This document shows positions 34,155 through 44,649 of a DNA stretch of 64,000 nt, one piece after another; positions within the stretch are counted from its first letter, which is position 1, and each line of letters opens with the position of its first letter. The translations under genes and the position numbers were made by a program. The DNA is from a virus, in IMG/VR virus record IMGVR_UViG_3300029996_000158; one strand, given 5' to 3'. The notes under the pieces are model-generated. The model was not told the origin of the DNA, did not search any database, and saw nothing but the letters and a program-made list of their open reading frames with translations.

Positions 34155-36038
34155 ATGCCTAATACACCTAGAGTTGAATTCAACTTTCAAAACAACAATG
34201 TACAGCAATCTGTACCATTATTAGGGGTATCCCATGTAATGGCTCGTACTACTAAGGGTCCTTTCAATCAACCAGATGAGGTTTTTTCAACCTATCCTCA
34301 ATTCCAAAGAGTGTATGGGGAAGAAATAGTTCCTGATGGTTCTATTTCAAATATTATGAAAGCCTTTGAAATAGGTTCAAAGATTAGGGTATCAAGAGTA
34401 GCTGGTGCAGAAACTACTGTAGCAAAAGGACAAGCTAAAACCTATACCATTAGTTCCACCACTGGAGAAGGTACAACTGGTTCACAAACCAAAATTACAA
34501 TCAAATTGGAAGACCCTAATAGTGATGATACAATATCAATGATATTGAATATCAATACTAAAGAAGCTGGTAGTCCAATTATTGATGATACTGGTTATGG
34601 TTTGAATAGAAATTTTTATGGTAGATTTTATGCCCAAGAGGGACCCACCACAAAAATTTATTTCCAACAATTTAAAGCCTATACAACCATTGATAATGAC
34701 CCAGATGGTGAACATGATTATAAGATACAGATAGCTACAGAAGATATCCTATCTACTAATCAATTCTTCTCTGGTTCAAAAGCTGGTTCTTCAAGTGTAT
34801 TTGTAGAATCCCAAGTTTTACAGGATTTTATTAATAATACCCCCAATATAGAATTGGCTTTAGCTTCAGATGAATCAACAGCATCATTTGATGATGAATT
34901 TAATAATAAGCTAAAAGCCCAGGGTATAAATGGGGTAGTTTCCATTCTTGCTAGTTATTCTAATTGGCAAGGTTCAGTATTATTTGATAATGTTGCAATA
35001 AGTACTACTTCGTCACCTCTAGTAATTATAAATGAGGGTGATAATGGAGGTAAATCAAGTGCAGCTACTTGGGTTGAAGCTTACCAAGCTTTGAAAAGTT
35101 ATTCCGATGGATATCAGTTAATAGCTTCCCATATACACCAAAATGATATGGTTAAAGCTAAAGAATCTGGTTCTGGAGTAGACCCAGACCCCAATGGTTG
35201 GAAAACTGCCTATGTAGAAATTGCCAAAGATGTAGTTGCAAATTTCGAAACTGTATTATATGTGGAAGTTCCCAAATATGATTCAGATGGTAATGTACAA
35301 TCTCCTGATGGTATCCTAAATCAATTAGAAACTTTGGTACCTCAAATTGGGTATGCTAAGAATATTGCATACTATGCTGGTGGTATTAAGTATTATGATG
35401 CAAATGGGGCCTTACAAAACTGTGACCTTCTTGGTTCAGTAATTGGGTTAGGAGATGTTTCTGCTTCCCAATATGGTCCTTGGTATTCATTCTCTGGTAT
35501 GAACCGAGGAGTAATTGCTTCTGCATTAGGTCCAGTAACTGAGAATTTAGGGGGCCCAAGCAAAATAGAAGAACTTCAAAAATTAGCAGAATGGTATTGC
35601 AATCTTTTTGTAATAAAAGATACTAGAACCCAAGGAAAAAGAACCATGCTTTGGCATGGATTCACTTCTAATCCTAAATCAGATTCAGAAAAATTCCTTT
35701 CAATTGTAAGGTTGAACCTTTATCTCAAAAAGAATTTAAGACCTATTCTTGAAAGTTATTTGGAAGAACCAAATACCTGGTCTACTTGGCAAAGTATTTA
35801 TTATGAAGCCAAAAAAATCCTTGATGATTTAATTGGTACTGCCATCACTGAATATACCTGGATGGGTGACCAAGATGCTCAATCCTATGATGATTTGGTA
35901 GTAAATAATGAAGCTGATGTAAGACAAGGAAAATATCATATTGTATTGAAATACAAAGAGATTGTTCCTTTGCAAGAAGTAACTATGGATATTGTAATTG
36001 ATTCTGTATCTAAGGATGTAAATATATCAGCAGAGTAA
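34155..36038 (+). CDS. Tail sheath protein
   Basis: 627 aa. LLGVSHVMARTTKGPFNQPDEVFSTYPQFQRVYG matches the conserved sheath N-terminal block. It is followed directly by the tube gene. Confidence 0.85.
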   Translation: MPNTPRVEFNFQNNNVQQSVPLLGVSHVMARTTKGPFNQPDEVFSTYPQFQRVYGEEIVPDGSISNIMKAFEIGSKIRVSRVAGAETTVAKGQAKTYTISSTTGEGTTGSQTKITIKLEDPNSDDTISMILNINTKEAGSPIIDDTGYGLNRNFYGRFYAQEGPTTKIYFQQFKAYTTIDNDPDGEHDYKIQIATEDILSTNQFFSGSKAGSSSVFVESQVLQDFINNTPNIELALASDESTASFDDEFNNKLKAQGINGVVSILASYSNWQGSVLFDNVAISTTSSPLVIINEGDNGGKSSAATWVEAYQALKSYSDGYQLIASHIHQNDMVKAKESGSGVDPDPNGWKTAYVEIAKDVVANFETVLYVEVPKYDSDGNVQSPDGILNQLETLVPQIGYAKNIAYYAGGIKYYDANGALQNCDLLGSVIGLGDVSASQYGPWYSFSGMNRGVIASALGPVTENLGGPSKIEELQKLAEWYCNLFVIKDTRTQGKRTMLWHGFTSNPKSDSEKFLSIVRLNLYLKKNLRPILESYLEEPNTWSTWQSIYYEAKKILDDLIGTAITEYTWMGDQDAQSYDDLVVNNEADVRQGKYHIVLKYKEIVPLQEVTMDIVIDSVSKDVNISAE

Positions 36039-36059
36039 AATTATTAAAGATATAAGATT

Positions 36060-36524
36060 ATGCCAGCTCAAGTAAAAAATCCAAGAAAAAAATTCTTATG
36101 GTCCATAGAATTTCCCTCACATCCCATAAATGCTTATCTTTTTCAAAGTGTAACCTTACCTGAGATTACAATAGAAGAAGTAGAACATGGGGATGTAAAC
36201 CGTTCAGTTAAAACTGGTGGTAGAATTTCTGTTGGTACCATGACTGCCCAAAAACTTGAAACTACTTCTGGTTCTGATACCTGGTTCTGGGATTGGTTAT
36301 TCTCAGTTCAGGATATGATTAATGGTGGTGGTTTAACCCCAAGTCAATATTGGCAAACCGTAATCGTAAAAGAATTAGCAGAAGATGGAGTATCAGTCCT
36401 AAATAAATGGGTATTAACTGAAGTATGGCCCACTAGAGTAAATGGGCAAGAATTAGACCGTATGAGTTCTGATAATTCAATTGAAGAAATAGAGTTCTCA
36501 GTAGGTACTTGTGATAAACTATAA
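36060..36524 (+). CDS. Tail tube protein (T4 gp19 / contractile-injection-system tube family)
   Basis: FLWSIEFPSHPINAYLFQSVTLPEITIEEVEHGD...KTGGRISVGTMTAQKL...WFWDW...VLNKWVLTEVWPTRVNGQELDRMSSDNSIEEIEFSV follows the gp19/Afp1-type tube pattern. Confidence 0.85.
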   Translation: MPAQVKNPRKKFLWSIEFPSHPINAYLFQSVTLPEITIEEVEHGDVNRSVKTGGRISVGTMTAQKLETTSGSDTWFWDWLFSVQDMINGGGLTPSQYWQTVIVKELAEDGVSVLNKWVLTEVWPTRVNGQELDRMSSDNSIEEIEFSVGTCDKL

Positions 36525-36536
36525 TTGCTTTGATGA

Positions 36537-36579
36537 AAAGGGAGAGCTCATATATTATTGGGTTCTCCCTTTGTTTTTT
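36537..36579 (+). terminator. Rho-independent terminator
   Basis: AAAGGGAGA (36537..36545) / TCTCCCTTT (36564..36572), followed by GTTTTTT. Confidence 0.65.
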
Positions 36580-36603
36580 ATAACCATTTAAACTCAACAC
36601 AAC

Positions 36604-37380
36604 ATGGAAAAAGAAGAATTAACAGGTTACACAGTAACATTTACAGCACCTTCTGGATATGAATATACCATTAGGGAGCAAAATGGAGCAGATGATGATA
36701 TTCTATCAAACCCATCAGAAGCTTCAACATTAATAAATATTTCAAGGTTTATAGCTGGTATAGTAACTGATACCAATTCTACACCAAATAGAAAATTAAC
36801 TGTAGAACAAGCCCATGTAATGCCTTCATTGGATAGATATGCAATCCTAATAAAATCAAGGATTTTATCTAATGGAGAAGACCTAGAATTTGAATATGAT
36901 TGGGGCCCTGATGGTGGAGGAAAAAGTACTTATTGCCAACCTTTGGAAGAATATCTATTCAATTATTCAGAAGAAATTACTGATGATATTTTGGCTAGTA
37001 AACCTTATGCTATAAAACCTTATCCTTTAAAAAATAAAACTAAAGATATAGCTTTCACATTATCATCTGGTAAAGAGGTTAAATTTGACCTATTAACTGG
37101 AGCTAGTGAATCTTATTTAGTTAATTTACCATTAGAACAAAGAACCCAAAATAAAGCTCTAGTAGCAAGGAATTTATGCCTATTAGTAGAAGGGAAATGG
37201 GAAAAAGTAACCTCCTTTCATTTATTCTCAATGAAGGATATGAGGGAGATAAGAACTAATGTAAAAGCTATAGACCCAGAATTTTCTGGACTTTGTACTC
37301 TAATGAATCCCCATAATGGTATGTCAACTGATATTAATATCATGGCTATCAAGGATTTTTTCTATCCGGGGGAGATTTAG
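36604..37380 (+). CDS. Tail assembly chaperone candidate (positional)
   Basis: The ORF lies between the tube and tape-measure genes. A TTTTTTC slippery heptamer sits just upstream of its stop (see findings). Confidence 0.55.
   Translation: MEKEELTGYTVTFTAPSGYEYTIREQNGADDDILSNPSEASTLINISRFIAGIVTDTNSTPNRKLTVEQAHVMPSLDRYAILIKSRILSNGEDLEFEYDWGPDGGGKSTYCQPLEEYLFNYSEEITDDILASKPYAIKPYPLKNKTKDIAFTLSSGKEVKFDLLTGASESYLVNLPLEQRTQNKALVARNLCLLVEGKWEKVTSFHLFSMKDMREIRTNVKAIDPEFSGLCTLMNPHNGMSTDINIMAIKDFFYPGEI
37356..37362 (+). other. Candidate -1 ribosomal frameshift heptamer T TTT TTC
   Basis: The 0-frame reads gaT TTT TTC. The -1 frame is then open for 50 codons to TAA 37512..37514, 11 nt before the tape-measure ATG. 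Confidence 0.4.
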
Positions 37381-37525
37381 AGAGAGATTTTTTCTATCTA
37401 CACCAAGCAAAAATAAGAATCAGTTTCACTGAATTATTATATCTACCAATCAGACGTCGATTAAAGTTATTAAAATTGGCGTCTGATTATTTTGATTCTC
37501 TAAATAAAAAATAACCCCCAATAAT

Positions 37526-39589
37526 ATGGCTTATACTACCAGTGGAAGTTTAAGAGGTAATTCCTTGGAAATAGGTATTGCTTTAGTACTCCAAGATAGA
37601 TTTTCCAATCAAGCTAAAGATGCCTCTGCTGCAATTAAAAGACTTCATAATGAAGCTAAGATGGCAGTAACAGCAAATCTTCAAACCGCAGAAGGTATTC
37701 TTGGTGGAATATATGATGGATTTGTAGGAGTTGCTTCTGGGATTAAAAATACAGTTTTACAAGGTGCTGAATTTATTGATACCATGACCACTGTATCAGC
37801 TATTACTAATTCTACCAAAGAAGAATTGGAAATGTTGTCAGAAACTGCCCAATCCTTAGGTTTGGAAACCATGTTTGGTTCCCGAGATATTGCTTCTGGT
37901 ATGAAATATTTGGCAATGGCTGGTAATACAGTTGAACAGGTTAATGATATGATTAAAGGTGCAGCCTATGTAGCAAATGCCACTGGTATGGAACTTGGTG
38001 GTAAAGGAGGAGCTGCAGACTTAATCACCAATGTTATGAAGACCTTTAAAATCGAGGGTACAGGTGCTTCAGAATTAATTGGTGACCAATTAACCAAAGC
38101 AACTCTTTCTGCAAATATATCAATGACAGACTTGGCAGAATCAATTAAATATTCTGCAGCTGATATGGTTATTTTGAAGAAAGAACTTCCAGAGGTAGCT
38201 GCAATGATTGGTACTCTTGGTAATGCTGGTATACAAGGTTCAATGGCTGGTACTTCATTGGGTAATATGGCAAGATACCTTATAAAAGCCTTTAACCCAA
38301 AAACTGATGCTTATTCATTCCTACAAAAAATGGGATTATCCCAACAAGATTTTGTAGATGCCAAAGGAGACCTTATAGACTTTGGTGATATAATGGAGAA
38401 GATAAGCAAAGGAGTAGAAAGGTTACCATCAACTGATAGGAGCAAAGCTATTGGTGCTATATTTGGTATTCGTGGTCAAAGAGCAGCAAATGCTATTATG
38501 AATGACCTGGAAGGGTATAGGAATCTATTAGACCAAATCCAGAATAATTCAGCAGGATTTGCAAAATCTATTGTTGATAAGAGAATGAATACTCTGGCTG
38601 GTTCTATAGATAAGGTATCATCTGCATGGGAGAACTTAAAAGTAACATTTGTAGAACAAATTGCTCCCACTTTAATGCCAATATTAAACACTGTATCTTC
38701 AATCATAGAAGCAGTAAGGGAATTTGTATCAACCCCATTTGGTTCAGTAGCTTCTCAGATATTTTTAATATCTACATTTGTGGGATTAGTTGGGACAAAG
38801 GTACTTCAATTAATTACCAAATGGAGGTTATTAAGAACTGATACCCAGATTGGATTTCTCAATATGTTTAGATTAATCAGGGGTGGTTGGAAAGGAGCCA
38901 CCCTTGATTTACAAAACTATATGAGATTACAAGGGTTATTAAATGCCCAGACTACTTATGGGTTACCATATTATGCTTCCATGGCTAAACATCTGGGTAC
39001 TCCAGTTGGTGGTGTAGTATATGACCAAAGAGCTAAAAGATGGAGGTCCTCTGACCAATCAATCACTGGGTTAGGAAAAGGTACTTTCATGTCAGAAAAA
39101 AATGCTACTAAGTACACCGAAAAATATGGTACTGGTAAACAAATTGCTGCTGGGTTTTTTGGTAATACTGCTGGTGCTACCGTAAATGCTACTAAATCCA
39201 CTTGGGGCAAACTATTAAGCCTTGGTTCAAAATTATTTAGTGGCTTAAGTTTGCTTAGTTTGGGGGCTATGGTATTATTCCCATTGATTCAGATGCTTAT
39301 TAATGCCATAAAGGGTAATTCTGAAGAAGTAAAAAAGAATACTTATTCAGTAAATACCTTAGCTGGTAGATATGCTACAGAACAAGAAAGATTAGCAGCT
39401 GGTAAAAGTTTGGATTTAGCTGGTGAAGTAAGGTTATTGAATGAAACCCTAAAAAAATTAGAAAATAGAAAACCAGTTGATTCAACCATTACTATTAGGT
39501 TAGAGGATATTAATGGTAAAGAGATTGCTAAAAAAGTTATTGATTTGAACAATGATTCAAATCAAACCGATGGTATAAAAGCTGGGTAA
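37526..39589 (+). CDS. Tail tape measure protein
   Basis: 687 aa. TMTTVSAITNSTKEELEMLSETAQSLG...MKYLAMAGN...AAYVANATGME is a TP901-type tape-measure core. Gly-rich/hydrophobic segments are also present. Confidence 0.9.
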   Translation: MAYTTSGSLRGNSLEIGIALVLQDRFSNQAKDASAAIKRLHNEAKMAVTANLQTAEGILGGIYDGFVGVASGIKNTVLQGAEFIDTMTTVSAITNSTKEELEMLSETAQSLGLETMFGSRDIASGMKYLAMAGNTVEQVNDMIKGAAYVANATGMELGGKGGAADLITNVMKTFKIEGTGASELIGDQLTKATLSANISMTDLAESIKYSAADMVILKKELPEVAAMIGTLGNAGIQGSMAGTSLGNMARYLIKAFNPKTDAYSFLQKMGLSQQDFVDAKGDLIDFGDIMEKISKGVERLPSTDRSKAIGAIFGIRGQRAANAIMNDLEGYRNLLDQIQNNSAGFAKSIVDKRMNTLAGSIDKVSSAWENLKVTFVEQIAPTLMPILNTVSSIIEAVREFVSTPFGSVASQIFLISTFVGLVGTKVLQLITKWRLLRTDTQIGFLNMFRLIRGGWKGATLDLQNYMRLQGLLNAQTTYGLPYYASMAKHLGTPVGGVVYDQRAKRWRSSDQSITGLGKGTFMSEKNATKYTEKYGTGKQIAAGFFGNTAGATVNATKSTWGKLLSLGSKLFSGLSLLSLGAMVLFPLIQMLINAIKGNSEEVKKNTYSVNTLAGRYATEQERLAAGKSLDLAGEVRLLNETLKKLENRKPVDSTITIRLEDINGKEIAKKVIDLNNDSNQTDGIKAG

Positions 39590-39600
39590 ATTTATTAATT

Positions 39601-40677
39601 ATGGCTAGTTTAGTACACAATATAGTAGATTCTGCAAAAAATAAATTATCTGCTAAGGTAAATAATGCTATTGCTGGTATTACAAATAATGGTTTAGGTC
39701 CTCTGGATAACAAAGCTCTTAGAGCTACATTATTTATTAATAGGGCAAACCCTAAGCTCCCAAAGATAAATTTTCTAGAATATGAGTTTGGTGGGGTAGT
39801 AAGGGATATAAAAGAAACCTTTGGTATAAATCAACAAACTGCTAGACCTACTTCTTCAAGTAGTAAAGATGGTGAAACCAGGTTTAGAAGGGCAACAACT
39901 CCAAATAAAAACCCATTAGTAAATACTCAATTAAAAACCAAGAATAGTAAATCAAATCCAGAAATTTTATCATTACCCTTAAATCAAGGTACCAGAGAAC
40001 TTTATAGAAAATCCATAATCCCAAAAAATAATATTATTATTATAAATGATAATGTAAGCCCCCCAGTATCTATTGTTATTCAAAATAGACCAAATGAGGT
40101 AACAATAGATACTCAAACAAATTGGGTATCAGTAAAATCCATGGGTAGAAATAATCCATTTATGATTTATACTGGTGGTGAAGATACAATTTCATTTGAT
40201 ATATCCTGGTATTCTAGTGACCCAAATAATAGAGAAGATATTTTAACCAAATGTAGGTTATTAGAATCATGGTCTAAAGCAAATGGGTATAGGCAATCAC
40301 CACCTATTCTTAGAATTTCTTGGGGTTCATCTGGTATATTTGATAATGATTTATTTATCCTTTATTCTGCGAGCTACAAATTAAATAATTTTCAAGATAG
40401 GTATAGTGGTAATATACTAAATACTGAAAGTAGTTTTTCAAGGGATATAAACAAATCAATAGATTTGGGATTATTACCAAGTATAGCAACCCAATCATTA
40501 GTATTTAAAAAGGTAACCAGTAAAAACCTTACTCATGCTGATATATGTTCACCAGAAAAATTACAAAAAGTAAAATCAGATGAGATAATGGGAATTCCAG
40601 TACCTATTTCTAACAATATATCAACATTTGACAGTATACCCAAAACCACTATACCCACAGAATTAAAACCATTTTAA
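39601..40677 (+). CDS. Baseplate / tube-initiator region protein (positional)
   Basis: It lies directly after the tape measure, with a beta-rich C-terminal domain (VTIDTQTNWVSVKSMGRNNPFMIYTGGEDTISFDISWY). The function is not recognised. Confidence 0.45.
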   Translation: MASLVHNIVDSAKNKLSAKVNNAIAGITNNGLGPLDNKALRATLFINRANPKLPKINFLEYEFGGVVRDIKETFGINQQTARPTSSSSKDGETRFRRATTPNKNPLVNTQLKTKNSKSNPEILSLPLNQGTRELYRKSIIPKNNIIIINDNVSPPVSIVIQNRPNEVTIDTQTNWVSVKSMGRNNPFMIYTGGEDTISFDISWYSSDPNNREDILTKCRLLESWSKANGYRQSPPILRISWGSSGIFDNDLFILYSASYKLNNFQDRYSGNILNTESSFSRDINKSIDLGLLPSIATQSLVFKKVTSKNLTHADICSPEKLQKVKSDEIMGIPVPISNNISTFDSIPKTTIPTELKPF

Positions 40678-40679
40678 TC

Positions 40680-40937
40680 ATGGCAGATTATAATCCTTAT
40701 TCCAATTCAATAGCTATACTGTTTGATAATGGGGATGTTGTATTGGAGAGACAAATACAAAAGAAAGTAAGTAATACCTTAATACATACTGTAAAAGAAG
40801 GGGAAACTATACAAAGCATAGCTTTTCAGTATTATGGGGATTCTGGGTATTGGGTTCATATATGTGATGTAAATAATATATTTAACCCATTTGTTGAGTT
40901 AGAAGAAGGTATGGAAATTTATATACCATCAATTTAA
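40680..40937 (+). CDS. LysM-domain tail protein (P2 gpX-like)
   Basis: HTVKEGETIQSIAFQYYGDSGYWVHICDVNNIFNPFVELEEGMEIYIP is a LysM fold signature. 85 aa, upstream of the hub gene. Confidence 0.8.
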   Translation: MADYNPYSNSIAILFDNGDVVLERQIQKKVSNTLIHTVKEGETIQSIAFQYYGDSGYWVHICDVNNIFNPFVELEEGMEIYIPSI

Positions 40938-40942
40938 ATATT

Positions 40943-43300
40943 ATGGAAGATAGTGACAACATTTTACTTAATGGTACTGGTACTCCTTATGTAGCTATAT
41001 TTGATAGTAAAAAGAATCCCATTATAGACTCAGTTAGTGGTTTACCCATTGGTGAACTAGTTTCATCATTTACTTATGTATATGATGAAGAAAGAGAAGA
41101 TAATGGTAATATTCATATTATATGCAATAACCCAAATTTAGTAGCTCTACCAGCACTTGGGTATCAAATGAGTTTAAATCTACAATGGGGTTGGGTATTA
41201 TCAGAATCATCAATTTTTTGTGGACCATTAAGGAAGGTTATTATAGTGGGGGTAAAGGTTGAGTTTACTAGTAATGGGGTAGAAATAGATTTAGATATAG
41301 CTGACTCTTCCATTTTGTTAAAGAATACTCCCTCTAATTATTATAAAAATAATACCAAAGGGAAACTATTTTCAGAATATTTGAAATGTTTATTATCTGG
41401 AGTACCACTTCCCTACGTATCTATAACTGATTATAGCTCTTCACAAATTGTTGAATATAAGAAGTTCTTTGCAGTTGTAAGTAAGGATAGAATAACTGAT
41501 TATGAATCTATATCAAAAGAAAATACAGTTGGTAATAGGTATATACTTGGTAATGGTAAAATGAGTAATATTAATGGAGTTCCTACATACCAATTCTTAC
41601 CAAAAAATGAGTCAGTTAACCATAATGACCTTATTCCTATTGTGATTGTTGAATATGATAAAAATTCTAATGAGTCATATGATGAGTGGTATAAAAAGAT
41701 GGATGATTTAGTTAAAAAATACCCAAGTGAATATGGGTATATAAATATTCAACAACCATATAATTATGCTAATATAATAAAGGGTACAAGTAAAAATGTA
41801 TGGTCCCAATTTTTAAATCTGGCAAACAATATACCAAATGGGCCATATTATATGGATGGTAGAGATGGTAAATTAGAAATTCATAATAGAAAGTATAATA
41901 GGCCAATTTCTAAAATATACACCTATTATGGTGGTAATGGGGAGTTATTACATTTTTCAGTAGAATCCAAATTTATAAAAAAATCAGTATCAATATCAAA
42001 GGGTTCTGAAATTTCCCCAGAAGATAAAAGTATAAAATCCAAATCCGAACAATTGGTGAATGTTGAAGAAAAAGTGTTATTTGTAAAAAATTCTTTTTTA
42101 AATACCACGTATGGTTTTATGCCCACAACAGGTGGTGGTACTAATATGTATTTTAATGATTCCAGAGAATTTAGTTATAATGAAAAATTATTACCTGATA
42201 AAAACCGTACATTTTCACAAAAAGTAAATAACCCAAATTCTGACCCAGAAGAAGAAAGGTATATGAAATTCTATGAAAATTTCCCAAAATATGATAGTGT
42301 ATCTGATGGGATAGATTCAAGATATAATGTATCTTTTACTAAAGAGGAACTTAAATCTTATAGAACCATATTAGAAAATAATTTTAATACTCTATTAGAG
42401 CACAAAGAAGGTCTTAATTCAAATTCTTCAGAAAAATCTATATCTGAGGTATTACATGGAATAGTAGATAAATTGCCTCCGTTCCAAGTTAAAAGACAAT
42501 TTTTAGTAAAGTCATATAAAGATAGGCCATTAACGGATTATATGGGAAAAGCTAATTATCCAGTACAAGAATATCATGGGGGTTTTAATTTCGGAGGTAT
42601 AGAAGATGAGAATGATGAACCCTATGGGTTAGTATTAAAAGAAATGAATATACCCCAAAATTCAAGTGGTAAATATGAATATTATGACCTTTATGAATTA
42701 ACTTTTCAGGTAGATGGGTTTAAACTTATAAACCAAGGAGCATTGGATTCTGGAGTTGCTATGGGCAACGATTTAGAGAATAGCATTACAAATCAAATAA
42801 CTGCTTCTGCTACTGTATTAGGAGACCCAACTATTGAATCTTCAATGAATTTCTTAATACAAAATGTATCTGATTTATATTCTGGTACTTGGTATGCAAA
42901 AAAGATAACCCACAATATCAATTCTGGTAGTGGGTATACTTGTGATATAGAATTTGTACAGCAAAGTAAGGTTACTGAGAAAATAACAATAACCTCTGAA
43001 GTATCTACTACTTCAATGGTTAAACAAGTATTAGGTAATTTAGAAGAATACCGTAAAAATTTTACTACTGATAATCTATATAATGTAAGTTTAAGAGATG
43101 TTGCTGAAGTAAAATTAAAAGAAGAAAGGGAAAAATTCCCATTTGGTACCTTAGAAGCTGAGATAAAAGATGGAAAGGTAACTATTAGTAGGACTATGAC
43201 TGATGGTATTAAAGAATATGATTATCCCACCATTGATGGGGAAGATGATTGGAAAAGATTAAATGGTACAATGTTAACCCCAATGTCAGGAGTTTATTAA
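40943..43300 (+). CDS. Baseplate hub protein (P2 gpD / Mu gp44-like)
   Basis: 785 aa between the LysM protein and the spike. GTWYAKKITHNINSGSGYTCDIEF resembles the conserved gpD C-terminal block. An extra C-terminal tail carries YDYPTIDG. Confidence 0.6.
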   Translation: MEDSDNILLNGTGTPYVAIFDSKKNPIIDSVSGLPIGELVSSFTYVYDEEREDNGNIHIICNNPNLVALPALGYQMSLNLQWGWVLSESSIFCGPLRKVIIVGVKVEFTSNGVEIDLDIADSSILLKNTPSNYYKNNTKGKLFSEYLKCLLSGVPLPYVSITDYSSSQIVEYKKFFAVVSKDRITDYESISKENTVGNRYILGNGKMSNINGVPTYQFLPKNESVNHNDLIPIVIVEYDKNSNESYDEWYKKMDDLVKKYPSEYGYINIQQPYNYANIIKGTSKNVWSQFLNLANNIPNGPYYMDGRDGKLEIHNRKYNRPISKIYTYYGGNGELLHFSVESKFIKKSVSISKGSEISPEDKSIKSKSEQLVNVEEKVLFVKNSFLNTTYGFMPTTGGGTNMYFNDSREFSYNEKLLPDKNRTFSQKVNNPNSDPEEERYMKFYENFPKYDSVSDGIDSRYNVSFTKEELKSYRTILENNFNTLLEHKEGLNSNSSEKSISEVLHGIVDKLPPFQVKRQFLVKSYKDRPLTDYMGKANYPVQEYHGGFNFGGIEDENDEPYGLVLKEMNIPQNSSGKYEYYDLYELTFQVDGFKLINQGALDSGVAMGNDLENSITNQITASATVLGDPTIESSMNFLIQNVSDLYSGTWYAKKITHNINSGSGYTCDIEFVQQSKVTEKITITSEVSTTSMVKQVLGNLEEYRKNFTTDNLYNVSLRDVAEVKLKEEREKFPFGTLEAEIKDGKVTISRTMTDGIKEYDYPTIDGEDDWKRLNGTMLTPMSGVY

Positions 43301-43302
43301 TT

Positions 43303-43941
43303 ATGGCAAGTATAGCTGAAATAATACAGAGATATGGAGTAGAGTACATTGGAAGATTCTATTCAACTTACCGTGGAGTAGTAATTGATAATGTAGATGA
43401 TACTCATATGAATAAGCTAAGCCTATATATACCATCTATTCAAGGTGGTATGAATGTAGTAGCTTTACCCAAATTATCTGGTCTTGGTGGGGTAAATTAT
43501 GGGTTTAAATTAATAACCCCACATATTGGAGAAGTTGTATATGTTGAATTTGAAGGGGGTGACCCATTAAAACCTTTATGGTCCCCACATGGTTGGGCAA
43601 ATGGGGAAACCCCAGAAGATTTAAAGGATAATAATTCAATAGGATTAGTTACCCCAGGAGGCAATAAAATATATATAAAAGATATTGATGGGGAACTTTA
43701 TATACAAACCAATTCCAAAGTAAACATCTCTATATTGGGTGGCCCAAGTTTAAAGATGACCCAAAAAGGTTTTACCTTTAACTTTGGTGATGATTTTAGT
43801 TTAAAGAAAACTCTTGTTCAAATATTAGATGCTATACTTCAATTAACAGTAACTACTGGAGTTGGTCCTTCTGGTACCCCAATAAATGCTCAAACTTTTA
43901 TTGATATTAAAAATTCACTTGATAATTATTTGGAGGAGTAA
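43303..43941 (+). CDS. Baseplate spike (gpV / gp5 OB-fold family)
   Basis: YRGVVIDNVDD...LSLYIPSIQGG...PHIGEVVYVEFEGGDPLKPLW. ATG 43303 was chosen (MASIAEI, 2 nt after the hub stop); track start 43249 would overlap the hub gene by 52 nt. Confidence 0.75.
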   Translation: MASIAEIIQRYGVEYIGRFYSTYRGVVIDNVDDTHMNKLSLYIPSIQGGMNVVALPKLSGLGGVNYGFKLITPHIGEVVYVEFEGGDPLKPLWSPHGWANGETPEDLKDNNSIGLVTPGGNKIYIKDIDGELYIQTNSKVNISILGGPSLKMTQKGFTFNFGDDFSLKKTLVQILDAILQLTVTTGVGPSGTPINAQTFIDIKNSLDNYLEE

Positions 43942-43947
43942 AAAGAT

Positions 43948-44166
43948 ATGTTAGTAAAACAAACAATAAAGACAGAAATAAAATCTGCATTCACTGAAGT
44001 AATGGACCAATCAGATGATGATAGAGAAGGAGCATTGGATAAAGTATCTGATAAATTAGCAGATGCTATTATTAATGCTATTAAAAGTGCAACCATTACA
44101 TATACTACTGGTCTAGTAACTACAATGGGTCCAGTAACTGGTACATTTGGTAATACAATATCTTAA
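43948..44166 (+). CDS. Hypothetical small baseplate-module protein
   Basis: 72-aa track ORF between the spike and gp25-like genes. Confidence 0.5.
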   Translation: MLVKQTIKTEIKSAFTEVMDQSDDDREGALDKVSDKLADAIINAIKSATITYTTGLVTTMGPVTGTFGNTIS

Positions 44167-44178
44167 TAATTTAGTATT

Positions 44179-44649
44179 ATGAATCTAGAACAACTCAACT
44201 ATATAGGAACTGGTCCATATTTTCCCATAAAATTAACTACAGTATTAGATGAGAATGGGAACCCAGAACAAGTTGTACAACCAGATGGTACAATAGTAAA
44301 TAAAATCTCTTGGAGAAATCTAGAAGGAGGTATTAATCTTATAAAACAAAACCTTACTTCTCTTTTCACATATCAATTAGGTCAAAGGATAAGGCAAGAA
44401 TATTTTGGGTCTAGAGTATGGGAGTGTATTGAAGAACAAAATACTCAAGCCTTATCCTTTATGATAAAAACCTTTGTGAAAAACTCCATAATTTCTTGGG
44501 AACCAAGGATAACAGCTTTGGATGTTCAATCAGAAAGGGTATATGATAAAATCCATATACAAATTAGGTTTGCAATTCAAAATCAAACTGCAGTAAGTGA
44601 ATTAAATTTTGAATATAATCCATCAAATAATACCATCAATGTCAACTAG
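44179..44649 (+). CDS. Baseplate wedge protein (GPW / T4 gp25 family)
   Basis: GPYFPIKL...IKQNLTSLFTYQLGQRIRQEYFGSRVWECIEE matches the gp25 family block. Confidence 0.8.
   Translation: MNLEQLNYIGTGPYFPIKLTTVLDENGNPEQVVQPDGTIVNKISWRNLEGGINLIKQNLTSLFTYQLGQRIRQEYFGSRVWECIEEQNTQALSFMIKTFVKNSIISWEPRITALDVQSERVYDKIHIQIRFAIQNQTAVSELNFEYNPSNNTINVN

Noticed and set aside
37386-37398. Second copy of GATTTTTTCTATC as a second frameshift site.
   Set aside because: A further -1 slip from the extension frame reaches a TGA after about 13 codons (37430..37432). It is noted only as a duplication in the frameshift finding.
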